A stretch of 31,760 nucleotides of DNA from Candidatus Iainarchaeum sp. GTDB lineage: Archaea > Iainarchaeota > Iainarchaeia > Iainarchaeales > 0-14-0-20-34-12. Below, piece by piece: positions 7,152 to 15,005 of the stretch. Made by a program: the position numbers and the translations under genes. The stretch lies in the NCBI GenBank assembly GCA_030649345.1, contig JAUSKK010000033.1, forward strand, positions 1-31,760, in the 5' to 3' direction. Numbering within the stretch: position 1 is the stretch's first letter; the number at the start of each line of letters is the position of its first letter. The notes under the pieces are model-generated. The model saw nothing but the letters and a program-made list of their open reading frames with translations. It made no database searches and was not told where the DNA came from.

Positions 7152-9584
7152 ATGATTAAAATTAAAGAACTTCGTTTAAAAAATTTTAAATCCTTCAAAA
7201 AAGCAATCATTCCTTTTCGAGACGGAGTTACCACCATAGTAGGAGCCAATGGTTCAGGAAAAACCAATATTTTAGATTCACTTCTTTTTTCTTTAGGAAC
7301 AACCTCGCTTAAACTATTGCGGGCCAATCGCTTGACAGATTTAGTCAATATCAGTACCAACGAAAGCTATGCCAAAGTAGACTTAGTGCTCAAAGATAAT
7401 TCCAAGGAATGGATCATCACAAGATTAATTGACACCAAAGGAAAGTCAGTGTATCGATTAAACGAAGAACGAAAGTCCTTAAACGAAATCAATTCATTGC
7501 TCACAGAACTAGGCATTCAAAACGATGGACATAATATTGTAGCCCAAGGAGATGTCACAGCACTTATTGAAAAAAATCCAATTCAACGAAGAGAAATCAT
7601 TGATGACATTTCCGGCATTAAAGAATTTGATGAAAAAAAACAAGAAGCCGAAAAAGAATTGGGCAAAGTAGAAGAAAAAATTAGAGAAACCAGAATTGTC
7701 TTGGGAGAACGAAATTCCTACTTAACCAAACTCGAACAAGAACGAGCCGCAGCCTTACAATTTGAAACGCATACAACCCAAAAACGAACCCTGACAGCCA
7801 GTATTCTCAATATTGAAATGGATAAAATCAAAGAACTTGAAGAAGGATTGAGAAAAAAAATAATTGACTTTAATCAAAAAATACTTGAAAAAGACCAAAA
7901 AGAAAAAGAAATTGAAGCCAGTGAAGAAAAGATACGTTCAGACATTGAAGACATCAACAATCAATTACTTCACGAAAGTTCAGTTTTATACATGAACACG
8001 ATTTCCAAAATTGAAGAAAAAAAAACCAAACGCATTCTATTGGAGCAAGGAATTCAAAACGCCCAGCAAGTCATGAGAAAACATGCAGAAAAAATAAAAG
8101 AAATTCAAGGCAATGAAACAGAATTAATGAACGAAGTTCAAAAATCAGAAAATGAACACGCTCAATGGAAACAAAAACAAACCAGCTTACTCAAAGAACA
8201 CGGAAATCTACGAGAAGAAATTCAAGCCATCCTGGAAGAAATCAATACAGCCGTAAGCTTGGAAAAAGACGAAAAAGCCACAATCCAGCAGCTGGCCAAA
8301 GTAGTGCAAGAATTAGAACAAAATCATAAAGAATGCCCTATTTGCGAACGAGAACTAAGCCCAACTCAAATTGGACAATTGAAACAAAAACGACAAAAAG
8401 AAATCAAAGACCATCAAACCAGAATGACTGAATTAACCAATGCCGTTAATCAATTGGATTTAAAAAAACAAGAATTGGAAAAAATTATTCAAACAGAACA
8501 AGAAATCCAAACCAAAATACAGGTACTAGAAAGCAAAACCCAAGAATTGCGCAAAATATTGGAAAAAACAAATTATGGAAAAGAAATTTTGTTATTGGAA
8601 AAAGAAACCAAACATTTAGAAGAAGCCAATACATTCAAACTAAGTGAACTCGAAGCGTTAGAAAAAGAACAACAGCAGCTGGATCAAATATTGGAAAAAA
8701 ACAAAAAGGAAAATGAATCCAAGCAAATCAAAAAAAATACTTTGGCTGAAAAACTATATACTTTAAAGCAAAGCAAAGATGAACTGCGAAAAAAAATTGC
8801 GGAAATGCGAAAAGAAGAAAACCAGCTGGAAATCGAAAAAAGCAGGCACGAAGTACGCTGGGCTGACATGAGTGAAGAATTCAAAGAATTTACAGACGTC
8901 AAAACAATCAAGGGAGACATTAAAGAATTACGAAAAGAATTAAGCGAAGTAGAGAAAAAAATCCAGCAGTTGGGAAACATTAATTTAAAAGCCATTGAAT
9001 CTTTTGATGAACTCAAAAAAGAAGTAACTGAAATTACCGAAAAAGTCACCAAATTAGAAGAAGAACGAAAAGCAGTTGTAGACTTAATGCAAAAAATTGA
9101 AGACAAACGAAAAGAGGTATTCATGCAATGCTTTGAATCCATCCGCAAAAACTTCAATGACATGTTTTACAATTTCTTTAAAGGAAAAGGAGATCTTGAA
9201 TTAACCGACATGGAAGATTTACTGGAAGCAGGATTAATCATTAAAGCCCAGCATAAAGGAGACCAATTTCAAAGATTGGAAAGCATGAGCGGAGGCGAAA
9301 AAACATTGACTGCTCTAGCTTTCTTATTTGCCATCCAATTATACGAACCAGCTCCATTTTATGTATTCGATGAAGCCGATGCAGCCTTAGATAAAGAAAA
9401 TTCAGGAAAACTCATTCAAGTCATTAAAGAAATGGCCAAACATTCGCAATTCTTGATTATTACGCATAACGATGGACTAATTAAAAACGCTGACCAAATT
9501 GTAGGGGTAGCTTTAGATCAAAATAAATCCAGTGTCATTGGATTAAACTTAAAAGAAAGCGTAATGCAAAAATTAATAAAATAA
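7152..9584 (+). CDS. SMC-family ATPase with short coiled-coil arms and a central CxxC zinc-hook motif instead of a hinge
   Basis: The N-head reads LKNFKSF..IPF.DGVTTIVGANGSGKTNILDSLLFSLG, with Q-loop IVAQGDV and RREIIDDISGIKEFDEKK. The C-head reads MSGGEKTLTALAFLFAIQLYEPAPFYVFDEADAALD, with IITHN. The middle is E/K/Q coiled coil, with HKECPICERELS at residues 395-398 (nt 8334-8345). Confidence 0.85.
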   Translation: MIKIKELRLKNFKSFKKAIIPFRDGVTTIVGANGSGKTNILDSLLFSLGTTSLKLLRANRLTDLVNISTNESYAKVDLVLKDNSKEWIITRLIDTKGKSVYRLNEERKSLNEINSLLTELGIQNDGHNIVAQGDVTALIEKNPIQRREIIDDISGIKEFDEKKQEAEKELGKVEEKIRETRIVLGERNSYLTKLEQERAAALQFETHTTQKRTLTASILNIEMDKIKELEEGLRKKIIDFNQKILEKDQKEKEIEASEEKIRSDIEDINNQLLHESSVLYMNTISKIEEKKTKRILLEQGIQNAQQVMRKHAEKIKEIQGNETELMNEVQKSENEHAQWKQKQTSLLKEHGNLREEIQAILEEINTAVSLEKDEKATIQQLAKVVQELEQNHKECPICERELSPTQIGQLKQKRQKEIKDHQTRMTELTNAVNQLDLKKQELEKIIQTEQEIQTKIQVLESKTQELRKILEKTNYGKEILLLEKETKHLEEANTFKLSELEALEKEQQQLDQILEKNKKENESKQIKKNTLAEKLYTLKQSKDELRKKIAEMRKEENQLEIEKSRHEVRWADMSEEFKEFTDVKTIKGDIKELRKELSEVEKKIQQLGNINLKAIESFDELKKEVTEITEKVTKLEEERKAVVDLMQKIEDKRKEVFMQCFESIRKNFNDMFYNFFKGKGDLELTDMEDLLEAGLIIKAQHKGDQFQRLESMSGGEKTLTALAFLFAIQLYEPAPFYVFDEADAALDKENSGKLIQVIKEMAKHSQFLIITHNDGLIKNADQIVGVALDQNKSSVIGLNLKESVMQKLIK

Positions 9585-9602
9585 AACAAACCAGCTAAGA
9601 AG

Positions 9603-12041
9603 TTATTTTTTAGTCTTAGGTTTGCGTTTCGATTTCTCTGATTTAGATTCAGTTTTAGGAACATTCATTAATTCTGTTTTTGGAACAGATTGAATGCTTT
9701 GCACTGGAACCACAGCCAATGAATTGATTGAATTAAGTTTTTTTGAATTGGATTTTTTTAATGCTTGTTTTTCGGCATCAATTTCTTTGGCTAAAGCTTG
9801 TGTATGTTCTGCATAATAATGCAAATTTTTTTCATAGTCTTCTTTTACAATTTGGCCTGTCAAATAATGACGTTTGAGTTCATGCAAGGTATGTTGAGAT
9901 GCAACCAACTCAGACTTCAGTTTATCCAATTCAGTAACATGTCTGGAATGCTCTTCTTTCCCTAGTTTAATTTCAGAAAGCATTTGCTTATATTGAACAG
10001 TAAGTTCAGCATATTGCTGATTGGAAATCTTATTTTCCGCAAATGCTTTATCTAAATTCACTAACATAATTTGCACTTGTTTTTCGTTATTGTTTGGAAA
10101 AAAAGATTTTTCAGGCAAAGATTTAGAATGAATATAAAAATATATTAATCCCAGAATGGCTAAAAAAGCCAGAATAGGAATTAAAATTAAGAAAAATGAA
10201 GAATTCAATGCAGGCCCAATTGAATTGGTTCCAGAACCAGTATCTGTAGAAACATAGGTTTCCACTTCAGCTATTTCAGATAAATCGTATGCAGAATGAA
10301 TGGTTTCAAATAAATGATCGGCTAAAAAAATTAAACTAATTCCTCCGCGAGCCGAATCTAAAGCACGAACAGTACTGTTTTGGGTTTGATAATAGTTGGC
10401 AGCATTCAAAAAATATTTAGCATGATCTAAATACAATTGCGGCCAAACAAATTCTTTTCCAGATTCTGCAATTTTTTGTTCTAAACTTTGAACTCGGATA
10501 GTTAAAGCATCCAATAATTCAGGCAAAGATTTGTCTTGAGTTTCTGCTTTAACCAAAGCCAAAGCTTCAGCTGAAGCAGCATCTACGGCTGCAGAAACCA
10601 GCCAGCCTTTTCCTTGTTGGTATAAAGAAGCATTCAGTCTGCGAAACACATCTTCGTTTTCTTCGTCATTAACTAAGTTTTGAGTTAGATTTTGAGCTCG
10701 AATAATAGCTTGCTGGGCATTTTCTGTAAATAATTCATTTAATTTAATTCTGGAACCATTGGTTTGAATGGTTACATTGTAAAAATCTTGGGCAATATCA
10801 AACCAAGCGCGTGCAAATTCATATTTTCGTAAATTTTCAATTGCTGAAACAAGCTCACTTTGCGCATCTTGACCTACAACCACAATTTGACTGGTGGTTA
10901 ATTGCTGCAAGCTTAATTTAGCCCAGCTTAGTCTTTCTTGAGCCGCAATATACCACTCCAAAGAATCTAAAGGAATTGCTTTATCCAAACGGATCGAAAA
11001 TTGATTAATTTCAGTTAATAGTTTTTCGGATTTATTTTGTAAAGCCAAAGAATTTAATTCCAGCAAAGAAGGATCATTGCTAATGTCTTCCACCATAAAT
11101 GCATTCACCATAGCCAAATAACCTGAATTAGCGGCAGAATACAAATAGTTTTGATCCAACAAAATTTTAGCCGTGCCCAAAGTTTGCTCGGAACTATTCA
11201 AAGATTCCAGCAAAGTATTCAAAATTTCAGTCCTGGACATAATTGTATTCGATAAAGAACCTCGGGCAGAATTAATCGAAGAATCTACTTTTTCTAAATA
11301 TTTGGAAGTTAAAACATGCATGACTTCTAATTTTGAATTCAGCGAAATTCCAGTTGGAATAAATTCAGGTTCTCTGGCTTGAATGTATGAATTCACATCA
11401 ATGTTTTCAATATTTGTAAATGCCAAACTTAAAGCTTCATCTAAATTACTGACTTCAATTACTTTCATACCCCATTCGCTTAAAGCATATTCAGCTAAAT
11501 CGATTGTATGAATGCCATCATCAAATCTTCGTGTTTGCAAAGCTTCTCCTTCTGGAATTAAAAAAAGTTTTATGCCGGTCTCGGAAGCTTTTTTTGCTTT
11601 TTCAAATACTCCGCCGACTGGCCCAATTCTTCCATCACTGTCAATGGTTCCAGTAATTGCAACATATTCTGGAATGCGTTTATTTTGCAGCATAGTTACA
11701 ACCAATAAAGAAATTGCACTGCCTGCACTTGGGCCGTCTACAATACTGGCATCGGAGTTAATGTCAAATTTGTAATCGTAATTTTTAGCCAAAGAAGAAT
11801 AATTTTTAGCCAATTCTACAGCAGTACGTTCACTGCTTTGCGTTGCAGTCCCCACCAAAGGACCAACACCTGAATAAATTTTTCCAGTCCCCAGTTCTAA
11901 ATTTACAATTAAATCAGCTTTCAATGCACTTTGGCCTTCAGCAATCACAGCATAAATCGGCAAAGTAGCTTGCGTAATCACAGCCAAAGCAGGAAGTGAA
12001 AATAGCAGCAAAGCTAAAACAATACTAAACGCAAAACGCAT
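9603..12041 (-). CDS. secreted, membrane-anchored Lon-like (peptidase S16) serine protease lacking an AAA+ module
   Basis: The signal peptide is MRFAFSIVLALLLFSLPALA. The Lon_C block is IVDGPSAGSAISLLVVTMLQNKRIPEYVAITGTIDSDGRIGPVGGVFEKAKKASETGIKLFLIPEGE, carrying the GPSAG catalytic Ser and the downstream Lys. There is one TM helix (FFLILIPILAFLAILGLIYFYI) and then a 175-aa basic coiled-coil tail ending KSKRKPKTKK. Confidence 0.75.
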   Translation of the reverse strand: MRFAFSIVLALLLFSLPALAVITQATLPIYAVIAEGQSALKADLIVNLELGTGKIYSGVGPLVGTATQSSERTAVELAKNYSSLAKNYDYKFDINSDASIVDGPSAGSAISLLVVTMLQNKRIPEYVAITGTIDSDGRIGPVGGVFEKAKKASETGIKLFLIPEGEALQTRRFDDGIHTIDLAEYALSEWGMKVIEVSNLDEALSLAFTNIENIDVNSYIQAREPEFIPTGISLNSKLEVMHVLTSKYLEKVDSSINSARGSLSNTIMSRTEILNTLLESLNSSEQTLGTAKILLDQNYLYSAANSGYLAMVNAFMVEDISNDPSLLELNSLALQNKSEKLLTEINQFSIRLDKAIPLDSLEWYIAAQERLSWAKLSLQQLTTSQIVVVGQDAQSELVSAIENLRKYEFARAWFDIAQDFYNVTIQTNGSRIKLNELFTENAQQAIIRAQNLTQNLVNDEENEDVFRRLNASLYQQGKGWLVSAAVDAASAEALALVKAETQDKSLPELLDALTIRVQSLEQKIAESGKEFVWPQLYLDHAKYFLNAANYYQTQNSTVRALDSARGGISLIFLADHLFETIHSAYDLSEIAEVETYVSTDTGSGTNSIGPALNSSFFLILIPILAFLAILGLIYFYIHSKSLPEKSFFPNNNEKQVQIMLVNLDKAFAENKISNQQYAELTVQYKQMLSEIKLGKEEHSRHVTELDKLKSELVASQHTLHELKRHYLTGQIVKEDYEKNLHYYAEHTQALAKEIDAEKQALKKSNSKKLNSINSLAVVPVQSIQSVPKTELMNVPKTESKSEKSKRKPKTKK

Positions 12042-12048
12042 GCAATAA

Positions 12049-12119
12049 TACAGGTGTTGAACAAATAAAAAGATATCTTTGATTCAATGTTTTATATTAA
12101 ATAATATTCAACACCTGTA
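12049..12119. promoter_or_regulatory. 13-bp perfect inverted repeat TACAGGTGTTGAA / TTCAACACCTGTA bracketing a TATA-like element and a 12-bp palindrome
   Basis: The arms are 12049-12061 and 12107-12119, separated by a 45-nt spacer. The spacer contains AAAGATATCTTT (12069-12080) and TTTTATATTAAATAA. The element lies between the stop of 12153..12899 and the start of the Lon-like gene. Confidence 0.45.
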
Positions 12120-12152
12120 AGTATCCTAAAAGGTATTAAAGGATTGCGAATA

Positions 12153-12899
12153 CTATTTTGGCTTTGACGCATTTCGTTTCAAATGCCTAGTAATTAAATT
12201 ATCCGTACGTGATCTAATCTCTAAAGCCAATTGGTCGTGTGGAAATAATGCAGCGTTAAATCTTAAAGACAGCCATTCTACTGCAATATCCCTAATGGCC
12301 CTGTCATTTTCTGTAAATGGGATAATTTTAGAACTTGGATATTGCCTGCCATTTAATCCATGCAAACGCTTTTTAATCAAACGCAAAAAATTATCTTTAA
12401 GAAGCCCTCTTTGAAAAAGTCTTAATATGTCATCCTGCTCTGACTCAAACATTTTCTTCGGAACACCATAAGTTTTGATTAAAGATTCTGAAATTCCTAA
12501 AATAGTTTTTAATTCTCCTACTTGAACGCGATGAATTGGACTTACTAAAAAAGTAAGTTGTCGCTGTAATCGAATTGCCTTATGTTTTTTCCCATCTGGC
12601 AAATTCATTCGTTCTAAAATTTGTTCCATGACATGGCCTTGCATTCGAACAGCTTGTTCTAAAACACTCATTGGCCTTTGCCCTGGTTTGTCTTTTCCGA
12701 ATTTCAAAAAACCTTCAGCAACCAAAGCACGAAGAACTTTCGGAGTAAATCTTTCTTGAATCAAATCACGATATGCCTCAGCAGCCTCTTGATGAATCAA
12801 AGCTTTAGATGCAACTGCAGCTCTCTTTAAAGTCTTCCGCGTTTTTCGACTTGGTCTGCCAATTGGCTTTGGTTTAACTAAACGAAGATTGGGTTTCAT
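12153..12899 (-). CDS. hypothetical highly basic, Arg-rich protein (orphan 1)
   Basis: The ORF is a clean 248 aa. The N-terminus is MKPNLRLVKPKPIGRPSRKTRKTLKR. I count about 26 Arg and 25 Lys. I recognise no family. A TATA-like AATATATTAA is centred about 30 nt upstream of the ATG, suggesting a leaderless or very short leader. Confidence 0.6.
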   Translation of the reverse strand: MKPNLRLVKPKPIGRPSRKTRKTLKRAAVASKALIHQEAAEAYRDLIQERFTPKVLRALVAEGFLKFGKDKPGQRPMSVLEQAVRMQGHVMEQILERMNLPDGKKHKAIRLQRQLTFLVSPIHRVQVGELKTILGISESLIKTYGVPKKMFESEQDDILRLFQRGLLKDNFLRLIKKRLHGLNGRQYPSSKIIPFTENDRAIRDIAVEWLSLRFNAALFPHDQLALEIRSRTDNLITRHLKRNASKPK

Positions 12900-12970
12900 A
12901 CAAATGAAATGTATGTATTCAATTAATATATTTAATAGGAAAAACGGCAGGGCTTTCGCTAGAGTAAATT

Positions 12971-13008
12971 AAAAAAATAAAAAAAGGCCTGGTTAAAGAA
13001 ATTTAACC
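12971..13008 (-). terminator. hairpin plus double T7 tract terminating the L1-L10-L12 unit
   Basis: In sense, the hairpin GGTTAAA-TTTC-TTTAACC (13008 down to 12991) overlaps the rpl12 stop. It is followed by AGGCC TTTTTTTATTTTTTT (12985 down to 12971). Confidence 0.65.
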
Positions 13009-13299
13009 AAACAATGCACTTAAACCGGAAGCAGCTTCTTCTTCTGTTTTCTTTTCTTCAACTTCTTCTTTTTTGGCTTCAACTTTAACAGGAGCAGAAG
13101 CAGTTGGAGCTGCGGCTTGCATAACAGATGCTTTTGCAATTGCATCATCAATATTGACGTCTTTTAATGAAGCTACCAAAGCTTTGGTTCTAGCATCATC
13201 GGCTGTAACACCAGCTGATTGCAATATTTTTTTTACTGCATCTTCGCTGACTGGTTTTCCAGCAGAATGCAACAACATGGCACTATAGATGTATTCCAT
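13003..13299 (-). CDS. rpl12: 50S ribosomal stalk protein P1 (archaeal L12)
   Basis: The sequence [31 protein letters not shown]... has an Ala-rich hinge and the acidic tail [31 protein letters not shown] sequence lies upstream. Confidence 0.92.
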   Translation of the reverse strand: MEYIYSAMLLHSAGKPVSEDAVKKILQSAGVTADDARTKALVASLKDVNIDDAIAKASVMQAAAPTASAPVKVEAKKEEVEEKKTEEEAASGLSALFG

Positions 13300-13337
13300 A
13301 CATTAACCTCCTTTAAATATCATAAAATTATACGTGT

Positions 13338-14174
13338 CTAAACTTTTTCATTTAAAACAACAGCTTGTTGGTTAGCTTTAGCCAATAATTCTTCTGTTGT
13401 AACTTTGTTAACTACTCCGGCTTCTACAGCAACAGCTTTAGCATCTCTGAATGCTTTTTGTACAAACATTTCACAATTGTCTTTAGTAACATAACCTAAT
13501 TCAAATGCTAAATTGAATGCATTTCTATAAGCTTTAGAAAAGTCATTGAATACTTGATCTGTGTCAATATTTAATATAGCTTTTTGGTACACTTGGCCTT
13601 TTTCATAAGCAACCACTACATTCAAGCTGACTTTCAATGGACGAATATCTAATTTAGATAAAACACTGGCCACTTGAGGAGAAACAATTTCTCCTTGTTT
13701 GGTTACAATTTTTTCTTTCGTAATTGCAATGGTCGGCCCTTTCACTTGAACAGTCAAACCCACTCCTTTCAGTTCACTTAAAGCAGGACCTGGAGGTAAA
13801 CCAGTGTCTCCTTCAGGTACAACTAAATCAATCGGAGTAATGGTTCCAGGTTTAACTGCAGCACTTAATTGTTTTTTCTTAATTTCAGCATACAATTCAA
13901 ATGCATCCAATTTACTGAAAATAATTCCAACTGGACCATCCAAAGTACTTCCCAGAATAGCAGTATCAATGCCGTGTTCTTGCAAGGCTTTTTTAATAAC
14001 TTTATTTTTAGAAATTGTCATCTTGGCTCTAGGATACAATGCTTTTCGTACTTCTTGAAATAAAGAAGCTCTGGTATTTCGCAAGTCCGTTAAAGCAATC
14101 ACAGGATAATCTTTCAAGTCTTGCTTTAATTGAGCTAAAGACTTTTCTTTCCAAGCAAATGAATGCGTTTTCAT
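13338..14174 (-). CDS. rpl10: 50S ribosomal protein uL10 (P0), short form
   Basis: It sits between L1 and P1 as in the conserved archaeal cluster. It has the L10 N-terminal domain pattern and spine-helix-like FVQKAFRDAKAVAVEAG. It ends at 278 aa without an acidic tail. Confidence 0.88.
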   Translation of the reverse strand: MKTHSFAWKEKSLAQLKQDLKDYPVIALTDLRNTRASLFQEVRKALYPRAKMTISKNKVIKKALQEHGIDTAILGSTLDGPVGIIFSKLDAFELYAEIKKKQLSAAVKPGTITPIDLVVPEGDTGLPPGPALSELKGVGLTVQVKGPTIAITKEKIVTKQGEIVSPQVASVLSKLDIRPLKVSLNVVVAYEKGQVYQKAILNIDTDQVFNDFSKAYRNAFNLAFELGYVTKDNCEMFVQKAFRDAKAVAVEAGVVNKVTTEELLAKANQQAVVLNEKV

Positions 14175-14197
14175 TTAAAATCGCCTCGCGATTTTAA
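14172..14197 (-). promoter_or_regulatory. SD-in-loop hairpin module, copy B (TTAAAATCGC-GAG-GCGATTTTAA-ATG in gene sense)
   Basis: Perfect 10-bp arms lie at 14175-14184 and 14188-14197, with a 3-nt loop. The rpl10 ATG (complement of 14172-14174) follows directly. Confidence 0.6.
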
Positions 14198-14249
14198 AAG
14201 CGTTTAAATTTTGCAAATTTAAATTCATAAATGTACACCTAGTTAATAA

Positions 14250-14900
14250 TTATGCGCTCAGTTTAATGGCTGGCCCCATGGTTTTTTTGATATGCAATGA
14301 TTTAATATTTTGTCTTTTTGCAGGCAAAGATTCTACCACTCGGTCGTAAATAGCCATTACATTGTCAATAATTTGTTCAGCAGGCATTCCTTCTTTTCCA
14401 ACCACAACTTGCATAACTGGCAAAGTCTTACCTTTCTTGTTGCTGACTCGAATGGCAGTCATTAAACTATTAATATAATCTTTCAAATTACTTTGAGTAT
14501 CTTTAACTGGTTTAGGCATTTTTCCTTTCGGAGCCAAAGTTTGACCTAAATATTTTGCAACAGTTAAAATCGCTTGACCTTCAGCTAAAGAAACATCGTA
14601 GGATAAAATTTCTTGAACAGATTCTTTTTTCAAACTAGAAATATCTGGTTCCATGATAATTTTGTCAAAAATTCCTTTGGCTTTATTGGCAAACTCGTCT
14701 GTTTTTGCAAACAACAAAGTTTTGCCAGCTTGTCGTCCAGTAGAATAAGGCAAATTAATTTTCAAATCAATTTGTGAATCTGGTTTGCCTAAATCCAAAC
14801 CTTTTAAATTAATCATTAATTCAACAGTTTGCGCAAATTTTCGTTTCTTGGATTGAGCTTCCATTTGGCTTAATGCTTCGGTTAATTCTTTTTTATTCAT
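14250..14900 (-). CDS. rpl1: 50S ribosomal protein uL1
   Basis: The typical L1 sequence is present (FAQTVELMINLKGLDL..PD, KGKMPKP). The gene also occupies the conserved position upstream of L10. Confidence 0.92.
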   Translation of the reverse strand: MNKKELTEALSQMEAQSKKRKFAQTVELMINLKGLDLGKPDSQIDLKINLPYSTGRQAGKTLLFAKTDEFANKAKGIFDKIIMEPDISSLKKESVQEILSYDVSLAEGQAILTVAKYLGQTLAPKGKMPKPVKDTQSNLKDYINSLMTAIRVSNKKGKTLPVMQVVVGKEGMPAEQIIDNVMAIYDRVVESLPAKRQNIKSLHIKKTMGPAIKLSA

Positions 14901-14944
14901 TTAATTCACGTTTAAAATTTCAATACATTTTTGGAATACTTGAT

Positions 14945-15005
14945 TCCTGCCTACTGCATGAAAGCAGTCAACGGCTTGCGAGTGAAACACTCGACAAAAG
15001 CAGGA
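14945..15005. other. 61-nt three-helix structured element in the L1 upstream spacer (candidate r-protein leader or small RNA)
   Basis: The closing helix is TCCTGC (14945-14950) with GCAGGA (15000-15005). Two internal hairpins are ACTGC-ATGAAA-GCAGT (14953-14968) and CGAGTG-AAA-CACTCG (14979-14993). G+C is about 51% against roughly 30% in the flanks. Confidence 0.4.

Noticed and set aside
7152-9584. Annotating the 810-aa ATPase simply as Rad50, on the strength of the CxxC hook and its length.
   Set aside because: Both head halves carry SMC-specific blocks: FKSF, IVGANGSGKTNI.D..LF.LG, IDDISGI.EFD and SGGEKTLTALAFLFAIQ...PAPFYVFDEADAALD. These do not follow the Rad50 pattern. No mre11 gene is adjacent either. 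I therefore kept it as a chimeric SMC-family call.
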